DNA of 64,000 nucleotides, from NCBI RefSeq assembly GCF_009914755.1, contig NC_060933.1; one strand, written 5' to 3'. Positions 15,521 through 30,483 of the stretch are shown here, piece by piece. The notes below the pieces were generated by a model, which saw nothing but the letters and a program-made list of their open reading frames with translations, was not told the DNA's origin and made no database searches. The stretch's first letter is position 1. Every line of letters begins with the position of its first letter. Both the position numbers and the translations under genes were made by a program. This DNA is from the human T2T-CHM13v2.0 reference genome, Homo sapiens.

Positions 15521-16620
15521 AGGCACAAGCGCACAGATGAGAATGAGAATGAATCCTCATTGTCAAGCAGAATTAAACCAAACTAAAACACATTATAAAG
15601 CAAAAAGATGATGAAGAGATGGGCCATTGAACATTTTGTGTGACGTTATCTGGATTCTGTGAAAATGGAACCAATGTTTTCCGATCCACTGAGCTACCTT
15701 TGTTAACAGGGATATTCATAACATTTATGTTTTCTTACATTCATATATGTTTTTATAAATGCCATTTATGATCCTGAGTATGTAAAGGAAGATGTTGCCT
15801 CTGATACTGGTGTGGCATGTGCAAGACTATTTTTGTGAGTTTCAGTTTGGCGACTGCTTTTGGTGGGAAGAGGTCTTTCAGCAAACAAAATTCACCAGTC
15901 CTAAGAGCGCCTTGAATGCTGGAGATAAAAATATTTCTTTGACCATAATAACTCTGCTGTTGGTATTTGCTTCAGATTTGTGGCCTAGCATCTGAGATTA
16001 GGTCCAAGCTTTAATAATGATTGGCTGTTCCCCTCGAACCCTGGGGGTTTATTTATCATCATTTTCCACCCATGTGTCAGCTGAAAAAACAAAAAAATTA
16101 TCGATTAGCAATCCCAACCACTTGTCACTTAAACTGGATAATTTATTACCTAAGTCAAAAAGACACGTATCAGTAGAGATGAGCTACAGTGATTATTAGC
16201 TTCATACTGTCCTACCTTGCCTGCATGTCTGCACTTGTGACCTGCTGTTCTCTTTCTTCTGAATGGAGACAAGAAAGGGACCATCAGATGCTGGGGTTCT
16301 GCTGGTAGACAGCGAGCAGAGCTATAGTCCCTGACTATGATGGTTGCTTCACTGCTTTAGCTTGTCTCCTGTTACTCTTGCTGCAGCATGGAAGGCTGCA
16401 ATAATACTATTCGTTTCTAAATGCTTGCCAGTGAAGATGGAGTGCTCAAATCATCTAATGGGTGGATTTAAGACAGCGAGAAGGAGAAGGCTTGTTGCCA
16501 TTTCCAATTTTGTCTGGTTCTTTAAGATGGCATGAGAGGGAAATAATTAATCTTGGATAGATTTTAGCAAAACGAAACACCCATGTTCCTAATCTTTGGT
16601 AAAATACTTTACCAATTTAG

Positions 16621-16987
<367 letters not shown>

Positions 16988-17881
16988 CTAAGGTGCCAGC
17001 CTGGGAATTTTGAATGACTCATGGAAAGCTGTTACAGGTAGAAAGATGTCAGTGCCAAGTGTTTTAAATAGGCATTTTGGACCATTAGGATGTCATGGTT
17101 TGCTTATCATGGCTTTTTTTACATCTGAATACATTCTCATCAGCTATGCTTCATTCGTTATAAAAGGAACTCTAGAATCAAGTGTTGCCATTCTTCTTGG
17201 TTTCAGAAGAAAGATAATCTCTTGAGCTCACAGGCTCACAAACACATCTCACTGAAAGTAATTACCTTCACATCAGTTATGAGAAGGCACATGCTGAGTT
17301 TGCCTCCCCAATGCCTTTCAAGATTTATGAGTGCCTTATCACTGGATATCATGGGCAACAGATGCACCTTATAACGATGACTTTAAAAAATAAACTATAA
17401 TTGTTATGCCTTGGCTCCTGGCCAAAGAAACAGGATCTAAGTCTGATTGATGGCACAAGGTAGCTTTCTATCATTTAACAGTAAATGGCTTTGCTCTTTT
17501 ATTATGTTTTGCTTGAGTAAAAAAAAAAAGATAAATAGAATTAAGAACTTGATGAAAGACAGTCCTGCAGTGATACACATTGAAAGATGCAAAACTAAGA
17601 GTCACTGATTAGCTGGTGAACTTGCTAGTGTGGATCATGGAATGACTGTAAGCATCATCTCATGAGCCCATCATGAAGCTGACCTCACAGAGGCAGTGGC
17701 ACTGCAGGAGACCACCAACAAAGCAGAAATGGCAAAAGAGTTCCCAGAGAAATAACGCCTGCCGGGGTCCCAAGATAGGAACTAGAAAGAAGTCAGAGCT
17801 GTGCATTGGTGAAATACAAGTGCTTAATAACCCCCATCCTTACTCATATCTGCATATGCACAGCACTGTGTGAAAAGTAGA

Positions 17882-18066
17882 TGTGACCGATTGCTTGTTA
17901 TAGACCAGTGTTCACCCTCTTCTGTTTCCTTTGGTCATGGAACCTCTAAGTTTTAAGTAGGCATAGAGCCACCCAGTTAAAGATTGCATTTCCCACATCC
18001 TTTATCATTAAGTGCAGGCTTGTGACTAGATTCTGGCAATGGGATATGAACAGAAATGGTGAATGC
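17882..18066 (+). mobile_element. Old LTR 5' part (MLT1/LTR33-like), cut by the following L1
   Basis: catttcccacatccttt...tgtgactagattctggcaatgggatatgaacagaa motif. Confidence 0.6.
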
Positions 18067-21000
18067 AGAGCTGCTCCAAGATGGCTGACTAGACGCAGCC
18101 AGGAGGAACATCTCCCACTGAGAGTCTGGGACATTGGGAAGACTGGCACGCTTCTAGCAGATCTTCAGAGAGAAGGTATTGAGAGTGGATGGAGGGAAGA
18201 CACAGGTGCTGGGCTGAAGGGGGAGGAAGCTGGGAACCCTGCATGGGGCTACTGCACACCAGGACTCCTTCCTGGCTTCCAGTGACTCTTGCGAAAGGGG
18301 TGAGTTTAATAGGCAAATTGCTCTCACCATGGGCCTCTGGAATTGCAGCAGGAGGAGACCCCTTGAGCACCGTGGACACTTGAGTTGGCAGGGAGAGCAG
18401 CTTGGAGACGTATTAGTGGCAGAACCCCAGACTGTGCAGAGCCCAGAGGGTTTGGTGTGGGAAATTCTGTAGTGGAGCATCACCAGGGATACCCATCCCC
18501 CAAGGCTCAGCTTGCTCCCATAGGAAACTTCAGCCCTGTGAGATCTGTGGGACCTTAACTCTGCAGGGCAGTCTTGCCCATCAGACTAGGCTGGTCTGAG
18601 CTGAGAACCCCATGGTTCTGCTAGCCTTCCCTGGGGCCCATCCTGGCCATGCCTGCTTGCAGTGCAGGCCCCAGGTACCTCCTGGGGGATTGAACCATAG
18701 GTCCTGTGCTGGTGGACTACAATTAACTGGCAGAGTGCTCTAGCAGAGTGATCCCTGTGAATACACACCATCTGCAAACTCCCTCAACTGTAGCCTCTCT
18801 TGTGTTGCTTTGCCTGCAGGCAGTAGCCCATGGCCAACCCAAACATTGCTTTGCCGGTTTGTGTGTGTGTGGGCAGACCTTGCCTTCCCTTCCCCACCAC
18901 TGCACCTGTGCACATAAACCTGGCCATGCCACTGCTGTTGGCATTAATGCACTCTGCCCACTCCCACCTCCCCACTGCAACATTGCCATTGTCACTGGAG
19001 ATTGGTGGGCATGGAGCCTATGAGCCTTCCCTCCACCAGCACCCTGCCCCTGTGCCAACACTGCTGCCAGTGCAAAATTGGACATGGAGAACAGCAAACT
19101 CACCCCTGCCCTGAGTGGCACTGCCACCTGTGTGAATGTGCACAGAGGGCAATACAGTCCTGTGTCCACCAGTGCCCTACTGCCATGCTAACACCACCAC
19201 CAGTGTGGATACACACACAATTATTGGCAGGGGCCTTCTATCCCCAAGCCATGGTGCCACCACTGCTCCACATGGAGGCCAACATCCCAGCAACTGCTAG
19301 CACTCTGCCACAGCTGATGAACACAAACTCCACCACACTGCCACTGCCACTGCTGCTGGCACATGCAAATGAGGCTGGATCCCACTGTCACCACCCTATG
19401 AAGTGCTTTGGCTGGTATCACTTATTGGAGTGTTGTGACCTGTGGTCTGGGAGCACCTCAGACCCTCAAAAACAGCAGTTTCCCCTTGAGGAGCCAAAGA
19501 GCAAAGCCAGGCCTAATCCCAGCCCCCAGAGTTAGAATATGCAGTCCAGGAGTCCTGAGCTGAGCCTTGGCCCTCTAAAATATTCCAGAAATGAAACCAG
19601 TTGACTGAACTCACCTTAAACCACAATCAAACACCAAGGTCATCAAATAGGATAAAAGAAAGAAAACCCATCCAAGGTCAGCAACCTCAAAGACTGAAGG
19701 AACATCAGTCCACAAAGATGAGAAAGAACCAGTGCAAAAACTCTGGCAACTCAAAAAGTCAAGGTGTCTTCATTCCACCAAACAACCACACTAGTTTTCA
19801 AGTAAAAGTTCTTAACCAGGCTGAGATAGCTGAAATGACAGAAATACGATTCAGGATATGGATATGAATGAAGATCATCAAGATTCAGGAATACAATGAA
19901 ACCCAATCTAAGGAAGATAAGAATCACACACACAAAAGCTGATACAGGAGCTGACAGACAAAATAGCCAGTATAGAGAAGAAGATGACCAACTTGATAAA
20001 GATGAAAAACACACTACAAGAATTTCATAATGCAATCACAAGTATTAATGGCAGAATAGACCAAGCTTAGAAAATAATTGCAGAGCTTAAAGACTGGCTT
20101 TCTGAAATAAGACAGTCAGATAAGAATGAAGAAAAAAGAATAAAAAAGAGCAAACAAAACCTCTGGAGAAATATGGGGTGATGTAAATAGACCAAATCTA
20201 CTACTCATTGGCATCCCTGAAAGAGATGGGGAAAATGGAAGCGACTTGGAAAACATATTCCAGGATATCATCCATGAGAACTTCCTAAACCTAGCTAGAG
20301 AGGCCAACATTAAAATTCAGGAAATGCAGAGAACCACTGCAAGATACTTCAAAAGAAGATCATCTCCAAGACACATAATCATCAGATTCTCCAAGGTTGA
20401 AATGAAAGAAAAAGTGTTAAAGGCAGCTAGGGAGAAAGGACAGGTCACCTACAAAGGGAAGTCCATGAGATAACAGGGGATCTCTCAAAAGAAACTCTAG
20501 AAGCCAGAAGAGATTGGGGGACTATATTCAGCATTCTTAAAGAAAAGAAATTCCAACCAAGAATTTCATATTTGGCCAAACTAAGCTTCATAAACAAAGG
20601 AGAACCAAGATCCTTTTCAGACAAGCAAACGATGAGGGAATTTGTTACCACCAGATCTTCCTTACAGAAATTCCTGAAAAAGGCAATAAATACAAAAAGG
20701 AAATATCATCACCAGCCACTACAAAAACACACATAAGTACACAGACCAGTGATTTGATAAAGCAACCACACAAAGAAGTCTGCATAAGAACCAGCTAATG
20801 ACATGACAGAATCAAATTCACACATATCAATGTTAAACTTGAATGTAAATGGGCTAAATGCCCCATTAAGAGATGCAATGTGGCAAGCTGGATAAAGAAG
20901 CAAGACTCAATGGTATGCTGTCTTCAAGAGACCCATCTCACATGCAATGACACTTATAGACTCAAAATAGAGGAATGGAGGAAAATCTACCAAGCAAATG

Positions 21001-23667
21001 GAAAAGAGAAAAAGCAGGAGTAAAAATCCTACTTTCAGGCAAAACAGACTTTAAACCAACAAAGATCAAAAAAGACAAAAAAGGGCATTACATAATGGTA
21101 AATGGTTCAATTCAACAAGAAGATCTAACTAACTTAAACATATATGCACCCAACTAAGGAGCATCCATATTCATGAAGCATGTTCTCAGAGATGTTCAAA
21201 GAGACTTAGAATACCACACAGTAATAATGGGAGAAGGAAACATTCCACTGACAGTATTAGATCATTGAAGCAGAAAATTAACAAAGATATTCAGGACCTG
21301 AACTAACACTGAACCAAATAGACTTGATAGACATACACAAAAGTCTCCACTCAAGAATAATAGAATATACATTCTTATCACCGCATGGCACGTATTCTAA
21401 AATTGACCACACAGTTGAACACAAAACACTCCTCAGCAAATGCAAAAGAATCAGAATCATATTAACCAGTCTCTCAGACCACAGTGCATTAAAAATAGAA
21501 TTCATGACTAAGAAAATTACTCGAAACCATACAATTATATGGCAATTAAGCAACCTGCTCCTGAATGACTTTTGGGTATATAGTAAAATTAAGGAAGAAA
21601 TCAAGAAGTTCGTTAAAACTAATAAGAACTGAGATACAACATACCAGAATCTCTGGGACACAGCTAAGGCAGTGTTAACAAGGAAATTTATAGCGCTAAA
21701 CACTTACATCAAAACGTTAGAAAGATCTCAAATTAACAACCTAACATCACAACTAAAATAACTAGAGAAGCAAGAGCAAACCAACCCCAAAACTAGAAGA
21801 AGACAAGAAATAACCAAAATCAGAGCTGAACTGAAGAATGGGACACAAAAAAACCATTCAAAAGATCAATGAAGGCAGGAGCTGGTTTTTTGAAAAAGTA
21901 AATAAAATAGATAGAGTGCTAGCCAGACTAGTAAAGAAGAAAAGAGAGAGACCCAAACAAACACATTTAGAAACAACAAAGGGGATGTTACCACTGGCCC
22001 CACAGAAATACAAATTACCATCAGAGACTACTATGACTGCCTCTGTGCACACAAACTAGAAAATCCAGAACAAATTGATACATTTCTTGACACATACATC
22101 CTCCCCAAGACTGAACCAGGAAGAAATTGTATCCCTGAGTAGATCAATAATGAACTTTGAAACTGAGTCAGTAATAAATAACCTACCAACCAAAAACAGC
22201 CTGGGACCAGACAGATTCATAGCTGAATTCTGCCAGATATACAGAGAACTGGTATTATTTCTACTGAAACTATTCCAAAAAATTGAGGAGGAGGGACTCC
22301 TTTCCAATTCATTCTATGAGGCCAGCATCATGCTGATACTAAAACCTGGCAAAGCCACAACAAAAAAGAAAACTTCAGGCCAGTATTCTTGATGAACTTT
22401 GATACAAAAATTATCCACAAAATACTAGCAAACCAATTCCAGCACCACATTAAAAAGCTAATCCACCATAATTGAGTAGGCTTTATCCCTGAGATTCAAG
22501 GCTGATTCAACATACACAGATCAATAAATGTGATTCATCACATAAACAGAACTAAAGACAAAAACCATGATTGTCTCAATAGATGTAGAAAGGGCTTTCA
22601 AATAAAATTCAATATCCTTTCATGTTAAGAACTCTCAGTAAATTAGGTATTGAAGGAACATACCTCAAAATAATAAGAGCCATCTATGACAAACCCACAC
22701 AGACAACATCATACTGAATGGGCAAAAGCTGGAAGCATTACCCTTGAAAACTGGTACAAGACAAGCATGCCCTCTCTCACCATTCCTATTCAACATAGTA
22801 TTGGAAGTCCTGGACAGGGCAATTAGGCAAGATAAAGTAATAAAGGGTATCCAATAGGAAGAGAGGAGGTCAAGCTATCCCTGTTTGCAGATGACATGAT
22901 TCTGTATCTAGAAAACCCCATAGTTTTTGCCACAAAGCTCCTTAATCTGATAAACAACTTCAGCAATGTTTCAGGATACAAAATCAATGTACAAAAAATC
23001 ACTAGCATTCTTATAAACCAACAACAGCCACGCTGAGAGCCACTTACACACTGTTGGTGGCAGTGTAAGTTCTTTTAACCAGTGTGGAAAGCAGTGTGGT
23101 GATACCTCAAAGGGCTAAAAACAGAACAACCATCTAACCCAGCAATCCCATTCCTGGGTATATACCAAAGTGAATATAATTCATTATATCATAAAGACCC
23201 ATGCACACATATGTTCTTTGCAGCACTATTCACAATAGCAAAGACATGGAATCAACCTAAATACCCATCAGTGATAGACTGGATAAAGAAAACATGGTAC
23301 ATATGCATCATGGAATACTATGCAACCATAAAAAAGAATGTGATCACATTCTTTGCAGGTACATGGATGGGGCTGGAGGCCATTATCCTTAGCAAAGTAA
23401 CACAGGAACAGAAAACCAAATCCACATGTTCTCACTTAAAAGTGGGAGCTAAATGATGAGAACACATGGACACATAGTGGGGAACAGACACTGGGTCATA
23501 CTTGAGGGTGGAGGGTGGGAGGAGGGAGAGAATCAGGAAAAACAGCTATTGGGTACTAGGCTCAGTACCTGAGTGATGAAATAATCTGTACAGCAATACA
23601 CCATGACATGCCAAACCCTATATACCAAACCTACACATGTACCCCTGAACCTAAAATAAAGTTAAAA
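18067..23667 (+). mobile_element. Near full-length old primate L1 (about L1PA13-L1PA16/L1PREC2), inactive, with about 1.2 kb of ORF2 deleted at 23040
   Basis: 5' start ccaagatggctgactagacgcagccagg; ORF1 (ENIFQDIIHENFLNLAR...AAREKGQVTYKG); ORF2 EN and RT (ctgtttgcagatgacatg = LFADDM); 3' UTR; many stops and frameshifts. Confidence 0.95.
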
Positions 23668-23971
23668 GGCCGGGTGTGGTGGCTCACGCCTGTAATCCCA
23701 GCACTTTGGGAGGCCCAGGCGGGCGGATCACGAGGTCAGGAGATCAAGACCATCTTGGCTAACACGGTGAAACCCTGTCTCTACTAAAATACAAAAAGAA
23801 ATTAGCCGGGTATAGTGGCGGGCACCTGTAGTCCCAGCTACTCGGGAGGCTTGAGGCAGGAGAATGGCGTGAACCCGGGAGGCGGAGCTTGCAGTGAGTC
23901 GAGATCATACCACTGCACTCCAGCCTGGGTGACAGAGCGAGACTCCGTCTCAAAAAAAAAAAAAAAAAAAA
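23668..23971 (+). mobile_element. AluY at the L1 3' tail
   Basis: Full Alu directly after L1 aaataaagttaaaa; no TSD visible. Confidence 0.95.
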
Positions 23972-26799
23972 GAGATACTGAGGCTTAATGATTTCCTCAG
24001 GGCCACATGAATAAAAATTGTCAGAGTTGGGCTTCCACAACAGGCATCTAATTTCACTTACCTCATATGGCATCCCAAGTCAGTCAATACGTATTTGCAT
24101 CTAGTTGGTGATTCTCACAGGAGTGCATGGCTACTCCTGACTCAAGACTGGTCCTTCTGTAAGTGGAAAGCTTTTCCCCATTTGGAGAGAGTGGCATCTG
24201 GAATAAGGGAGGGAGAGCTCACTACCTAAGGCCGACTTAATGCTGCGCTAGGTGTTGCGGGTTTACAAAAGTACAGAGATAAGAAAAATCAACTAAATTT
24301 CAATACTTGATTTCCCACATGTGTGTTGGTTCCTTTTCCTTTTGTATATTTTAATTCCACTGTGCTGCTTATTAAATCCACAATTCTGTATGTATCTTGA
24401 GTTTAGAGGGAACGTTTTATTCATTGCGCAGTGTCTGAAACATAGTACAAGCATAGTAACTTCATTACATTTTTAAAAGTTATAATCCAAATCTATATGA
24501 ACCACAACAATCCCATTGATATTTTGATGAATTATATAATTAGAATTTATTGTTGGGATAGCCATTTCTTCTTCCAGTGCAAATAATACTAAAAAGAAAA
24601 ATCATGTGCATATTATTAATTACAATTTCACGTGAATTAAGAATTCTTCTTTATTATTTATGTAGCCATTTTTTACCCTACAGGAATGACAATAATCCTT
24701 TCCCATTATTGATAACATAATAATAATAATACTGTTATGCTTATTTTTTCTGTTTTTCCTCTAGACTCAGTAATCCTATTAACTCAAGTCATTTGATTTA
24801 ATGGAGTAAGTTAATTCATATTTTGACTGTGAGTTTCCACTAACAAAGGAAAAAATTCTTGGAAGTCTCTTAAGAAGTCCATTTCTTTGTTAAAAGCAAT
24901 AATGTAGTTTGTTCACTGCTGTGTGGAGGTGAGACTGTGAGATAGTCTAATAATACAAAAGTCTAGGAAGTGCAGCTTTCTCTTCTACTTTTGAAAATTA
25001 CCCTGTTTCAGGATGCTTCGTCTCACTACCTTTTGTTTTTGAGCGTATTCAATGTATGACTAATCAGAAGATTAAAGGTATTTTGCCTAAATGCATTTTT
25101 CTACAAAACAGGGCAAGAATTAGAAAAGCCTGCAGTAGTGTAAGTAAGCTGACAGAGGTGAAAGCTTTTTTAAATTAAAAAATTTGATAAAATTGCTACT
25201 GCTCAGTTATTTATAGAGATTGCAAATATGTAAATTGGTTGAGTGAGAAGATAAATTAAGGGGAAAAACAAGCTAATGGGAAGGACCGACCACTACAAAC
25301 AGCATTAGCAGTGCCAGTGTTCCAAAGGCGTGCTCTCAGGAAATTTTTCACCTAGAGAAAATATCAATTATGCTCCTACCATTCTGATTATAGACAGAGG
25401 TGGTTATTTTATATATTTCTGCTGGATAATACATCTAAAAGCTATGAATTTGAATATAATATATATAATCCTTGTTTTATAAGGATATGAAAAATTATCT
25501 TTTATAGAATGCATCAAATCCAAGGAAGAAGATAATGTGGCATATTCAGAAGTCTTTTCATGGCATTTCCCAGAAATCTGAGAACTAAAGTCACTATGAA
25601 GACTCTTCTGTAGAAGAGACCACTACAGACATCAGTTTCTACTAAACAGTGAAAAGTCAGAACCATTATATATTAAGTAGAATGGGAATTAAATGGCCGT
25701 GTTCACATTTATAATGCATTTGAAAAGCGAGACTAGACTACAATGCTTTGTAGTAATAATAGATTCAGTGATTTCACTTGAGACATAGCAAATTAAATCT
25801 CAGAAATGTTGCTGAAATTGATTGCAGGGTTCCAACCTCTACTATGAAAAGAGGAAGCCCCGCAGCTCTACTACAATTTGCCTGACAAGGCTGAGGCTCC
25901 CAGCTTGAGTGATCAAAAGAAGATAAGTCATTCTGGCCCTAATAAGCATAGCTGCTGTTAACCACGGGAGGAGTTTTAAAGTCTCTCATAGGAAGAGCCT
26001 AGTTGTCCAAGCTGTAGTTTCGAGAGAGGCCAAACGCTCATCAGTTCATCTTGTGTGTGTGAATATCAGTTGCAAAGGTTGAAACAGAATTATGCCATAT
26101 ATTCTAAAACAGGTGTCAAATAATATCCTGTGTACTACTTTATCCTAGGCATTTTGGGGAACATCAAAATGCCTAGGATAAAGGCATTTTGGGGGGCCAT
26201 CAAAAAAGCATTGGCTTATCAAAAATTGGAGGAGACAGTGTTATAAGAAGCACCTGAGACAGTAAGTGTAAATCGTGTGGCCCTGACCGTAAATAGAATG
26301 GGAGCCTGCAGCATGGACTGGCATGATCAGAGGTTTGGAGCTGGAACCATAAAAAGCCCCTATTAGGTCCTGCCTTCCACCCATCACACCATCCAGGCCA
26401 ACAGATGCTCACTGTCCACAGGCTTAACTGATGATTCCTGTCACCTGATTTTCCAGGGTGAGCAGGGTCACTGAAGTATCTCAGGTGAATATCCCCTACA
26501 GGACTAGAGGAGGGTGACTTTGGAGTAGACTGTGTGGGACAAGAGAAATAGGTGGTGAAATCTGTGGGGACATCAGTGGGAGTCTTTGGTCTGTGGTCTA
26601 ATAAGTAAACCTGAGATCGAGGTCAGGATCTGAAATACCTGGGTCTACCTCATGGATTTGTATATTGCATCTGCATCATGTCCAGCATTGGATATGATCA
26701 TATCTCCTGTAGGTTACATTTCACAAAGGTTTGTTAGTTCTGTGTAGGCAAATATAAAGAGGTATACGTGTATGTATAAGCATTTAAAATTCTGTCCCT

Positions 26800-27360
<561 letters not shown>

Positions 27361-28284
27361 TCTGTGAGAATTTGAAAGTAGCCTATGATCATTTCCAAGG
27401 AGCAGAAACAACTACACGATGCTGTGGAAGGACTAATACATTTGTTCAAAAACAAAAGCATCTAGTCAGTCATTAATTCTAGATGGCCCATGAATGCATA
27501 AATTGTGCAAAGATCTACATAGATAATCAAGGCAACCAGGTTCTACACAAGGTGAAAAGGTTCTGAAAGGACGAGAAGCCTTCTAGGCCACCAGTTGGTC
27601 ACCTTGCCACCACAACAATGGCCCATTTGATAGGAGACAATGCCATAGAGGGGAGAAAAGAACAGAAGATTGAGAGGAGAAAGGACGCAGGTTTTGTTGC
27701 TGTTGTTTTTGTTGTTAATGTTTCCTCTTGCTTCCATGTACTGCTTGTCTTTTACAATCAGTTTATAACTTCAGGGCCCTGGGACTGTTTTTATTGAAAC
27801 ATGACTTAGAAACTGTAAAGCTGTTTTAGGCATTGCTGGGAACCGCTGAAATAGATAAGAAATTGTTATACTCGGCAAAGTTGAAAACAAATAACTATCA
27901 GCAAGCTGCCCAACTCTACCAAACTCACAGTGATACTAAATCAATAGAAAGATGCTGATTTATGAGCAGTGAAGTCATTCTCTTCGGAGACCCTGAAGTA
28001 TATGGACATTGCAGTCTTCAAGCATAACCCCCTCCCAAATTCTATGCTATTTAAAAAACTTTTTAAGAGACTACCATGCTACAGTTCAAATCTGAGCAAT
28101 TAAATCAAATTGTGCATTTTTACCTTAGAATCAATGGAAATCTGTTGTGTATACTGGAAATAAAGGAAACTTGTGGGGAAGATTATAGCACCTCTCTAGT
28201 CACAGCAGTCCATCAAAATACCTCTGTTTAATCAGGCCATGATGACAAGCAAAATTTAATTGAATAAATTTGAATGAAAATCAC

Positions 28285-28771
28285 TGTGGTAGACAAAATA
28301 ATGGCCCCCAAAAGATGCCCATGCCCTTAAGCCCTGGGATCTATGAATGTTACCTGACATGGCCAAGGGGAAGTAAGGTTGCAGGTGGAGTAAAGGTAGC
28401 TAATCACTAATGTTAAAATAGGTCAATGAGCTTGGTTACCCAGGTGCATCCAATGTAATCACTAGGGTCCTGAAAAGTGGAAGAGTCAGGGGGAGTTGAC
28501 GTTAGAAAGACTCAGTTGGCCATTGCTGGCTTTGAAGATGGCAGAGGGCCATGAGCCATGGAAATGTGAGCAGCTTCTAGAATCTGGAAAAGTCAGGAAG
28601 ACAACATTCTCCCCTGGAGTCTCCAGAAAGAAATGCAGCTCCTCCAACACTTTCATTGCAGCCTGGTGATACCTACTTTGGTCTGATAACTTGCAGAATG
28701 TAAGATAATACATTTTTGTTTAACGCATTAAGTTTGTGGTAGTTTATCAGCAGGAGTAGGAAACTAATACA
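28285..28771 (+). mobile_element. MLT1D-like solo LTR
   Basis: tgtggtagacaaaataatggccccc start, gctggctttgaagatgg, terminal aggaaactaataca. Confidence 0.88.
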
Positions 28772-29561
28772 ACCACTAAGAGAAAATTTTTCTTAGTGTA
28801 GGAAAATTAGAATAGAGGTTATTCTCAGGAATTGCAACCTGAGCTCTTAATCTTTCTGACATTTTATACATATGAATAGAACTTTAAACCTAGCTAATGT
28901 GTATTTTAAGAATGAATAATTGATGCACCATTATTAGCACATATCTATATTTTCTCCTATTTGAGAACAGATTTTCAAAAAGCAATATGATGATTCACAT
29001 GGCACACTATGTGTGGATTTATTGACTATCCCTGTAGAACAGCACTCTAATACATCACTAAAACACAGAAAACTTACAATACAAGCAAACATTATAGCAG
29101 TATGAGAGAAATGGCTTTCTGTCACACTTAGCCTAGTCTCAGATTAGATAAAAGAGGAAAACAATAATTATTCCAAATTCAAATTGTGCCAGGATGTATC
29201 TGTAGCATATGTCCTTGAAAACAGCAAAGGGTATATAATTTGATATTAGGAAACAGGACAAGCTCTGGAATTCTCAAGAATGAAATGGAAATTGTAACTC
29301 CTACGGCACTTGATGGCCGCAAGGACCTAATTGTATATGCGTATGTATTGTACATATACAATTGTATATGTAAATAGCCTCACGCTGTGGTACATGGTAG
29401 GTGCTCACTAATTAATAGATACCAGTATTAAAAGTCAATTTCTTCTCTCCTCTTAATGGTTCTAGAGTATGGTAAATTGTAGCTGGACAGCCTTGGGTTT
29501 GGCTAGAGTAGGAAGTTACCTTCATGGTGTCTAATATTTTCTCTTCCATTCCAAATTATTG

Positions 29562-29563
<2 letters not shown>

Positions 29564-29598
<35 letters not shown>

Positions 29599-29603
29599 TG
29601 TGT
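29564..29603. repeat. (GT)n microsatellite
   Basis: About 16 perfect GT units plus a degenerate extension. Confidence 0.95.
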
Positions 29604-29804
29604 GATTTTGTTTTTGTTGTTTTTTCTTATTTTGTTTTACCAAGGTAGCAAAACAGTAGACATGCCACTCTTGCCTGTACCTCAGGGCCTTTGTACTTGG
29701 TGTTTCTTCAGCTGGGAATACTTTCCCTCCAGATTTCACATGATGACCTGTCTGTCACTTTATTTGGATTTCTGTCCCCACTTAATACTGTCTGATGTTA
29801 TTTT

Positions 29805-29842
29805 TTAAATTTGGCTTCTCCAGAGAAAATGAACCAATAAGG

Positions 29843-29890
<48 letters not shown>

Positions 29891-30324
29891 ATGTGTGTGT
29901 AAAATGAGATTTATTACAAGGCATTGGCTCATGAACTCATGAAGGCTAAGTCCCACAATCTGCTGTCTACAAGCTGGAGACCCAGGAAAGCCAGTGGCTT
30001 AGTTTAGTCCTAGTCCAAAGGCCTAAAAAATAGGGGTGTGGGATGATAAGTCCCAGTCTGAGGGCAGTGGAAGGACAATGTCTGAGCTTAAGCAATCAGG
30101 CAGCGAGAGAATTCAGGCTTCCTCGACCTTTTTGTTCACTTTCAGCCCTGAATGGGTTTGAAGATGTCCGCTCACTATTGGGGAGGCCATCTGCTTTACT
30201 CGGTCTACCAATTTAAATACAAATCTCTTTCGGAAACACCCTCACAGACACAGCCAGAAATAATGTTTAACCAGATATCTGAGCATCCTGTGGCCCAGTC
30301 AGGTTAATACATAAAATTGTCACA
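29805..30324 (-). mobile_element. MLT2-type (ERVL) LTR containing a (TG)n tract at about 29844-29900
   Basis: ttctccagagaaaatgaaccaata...gagatttattacaagg...ccagtcaggttaatacataaaatt. Confidence 0.85.
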
Positions 30325-30483
30325 ATTTTGTACATATTTATTTATTTATTGCCTGACTCCTTCACTTGAATGGAAACATCATGGATGCAGGGACTTTTGC
30401 TTGTTCACTGTTTGATGTCAGCACCTAGGACAGGACCTGGGACTTCGTGCATTCTCAGCAAATGAGATGAAAGAATAAATGTC

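Noticed and set aside
15155-15586. 143-aa ORF
   Set aside because: Non-ATG start, overlaps a probable old LTR, and has no recognisable domain.
19002-19535. Longest ORF in the track (177 aa)
   Set aside because: Lies in the GC-rich L1 5' UTR and resembles no protein I know.
19850-23456. L1 ORF1/ORF2 peptides as functional CDS
   Set aside because: Broken by many stops, frameshifts and a large deletion.
25500-25600. Possible coding exon after ttttatag (ECIKSKEEDNVAYSEVFSWHFPEI*)
   Set aside because: Short, ends in a stop, no donor and no recognisable homology.
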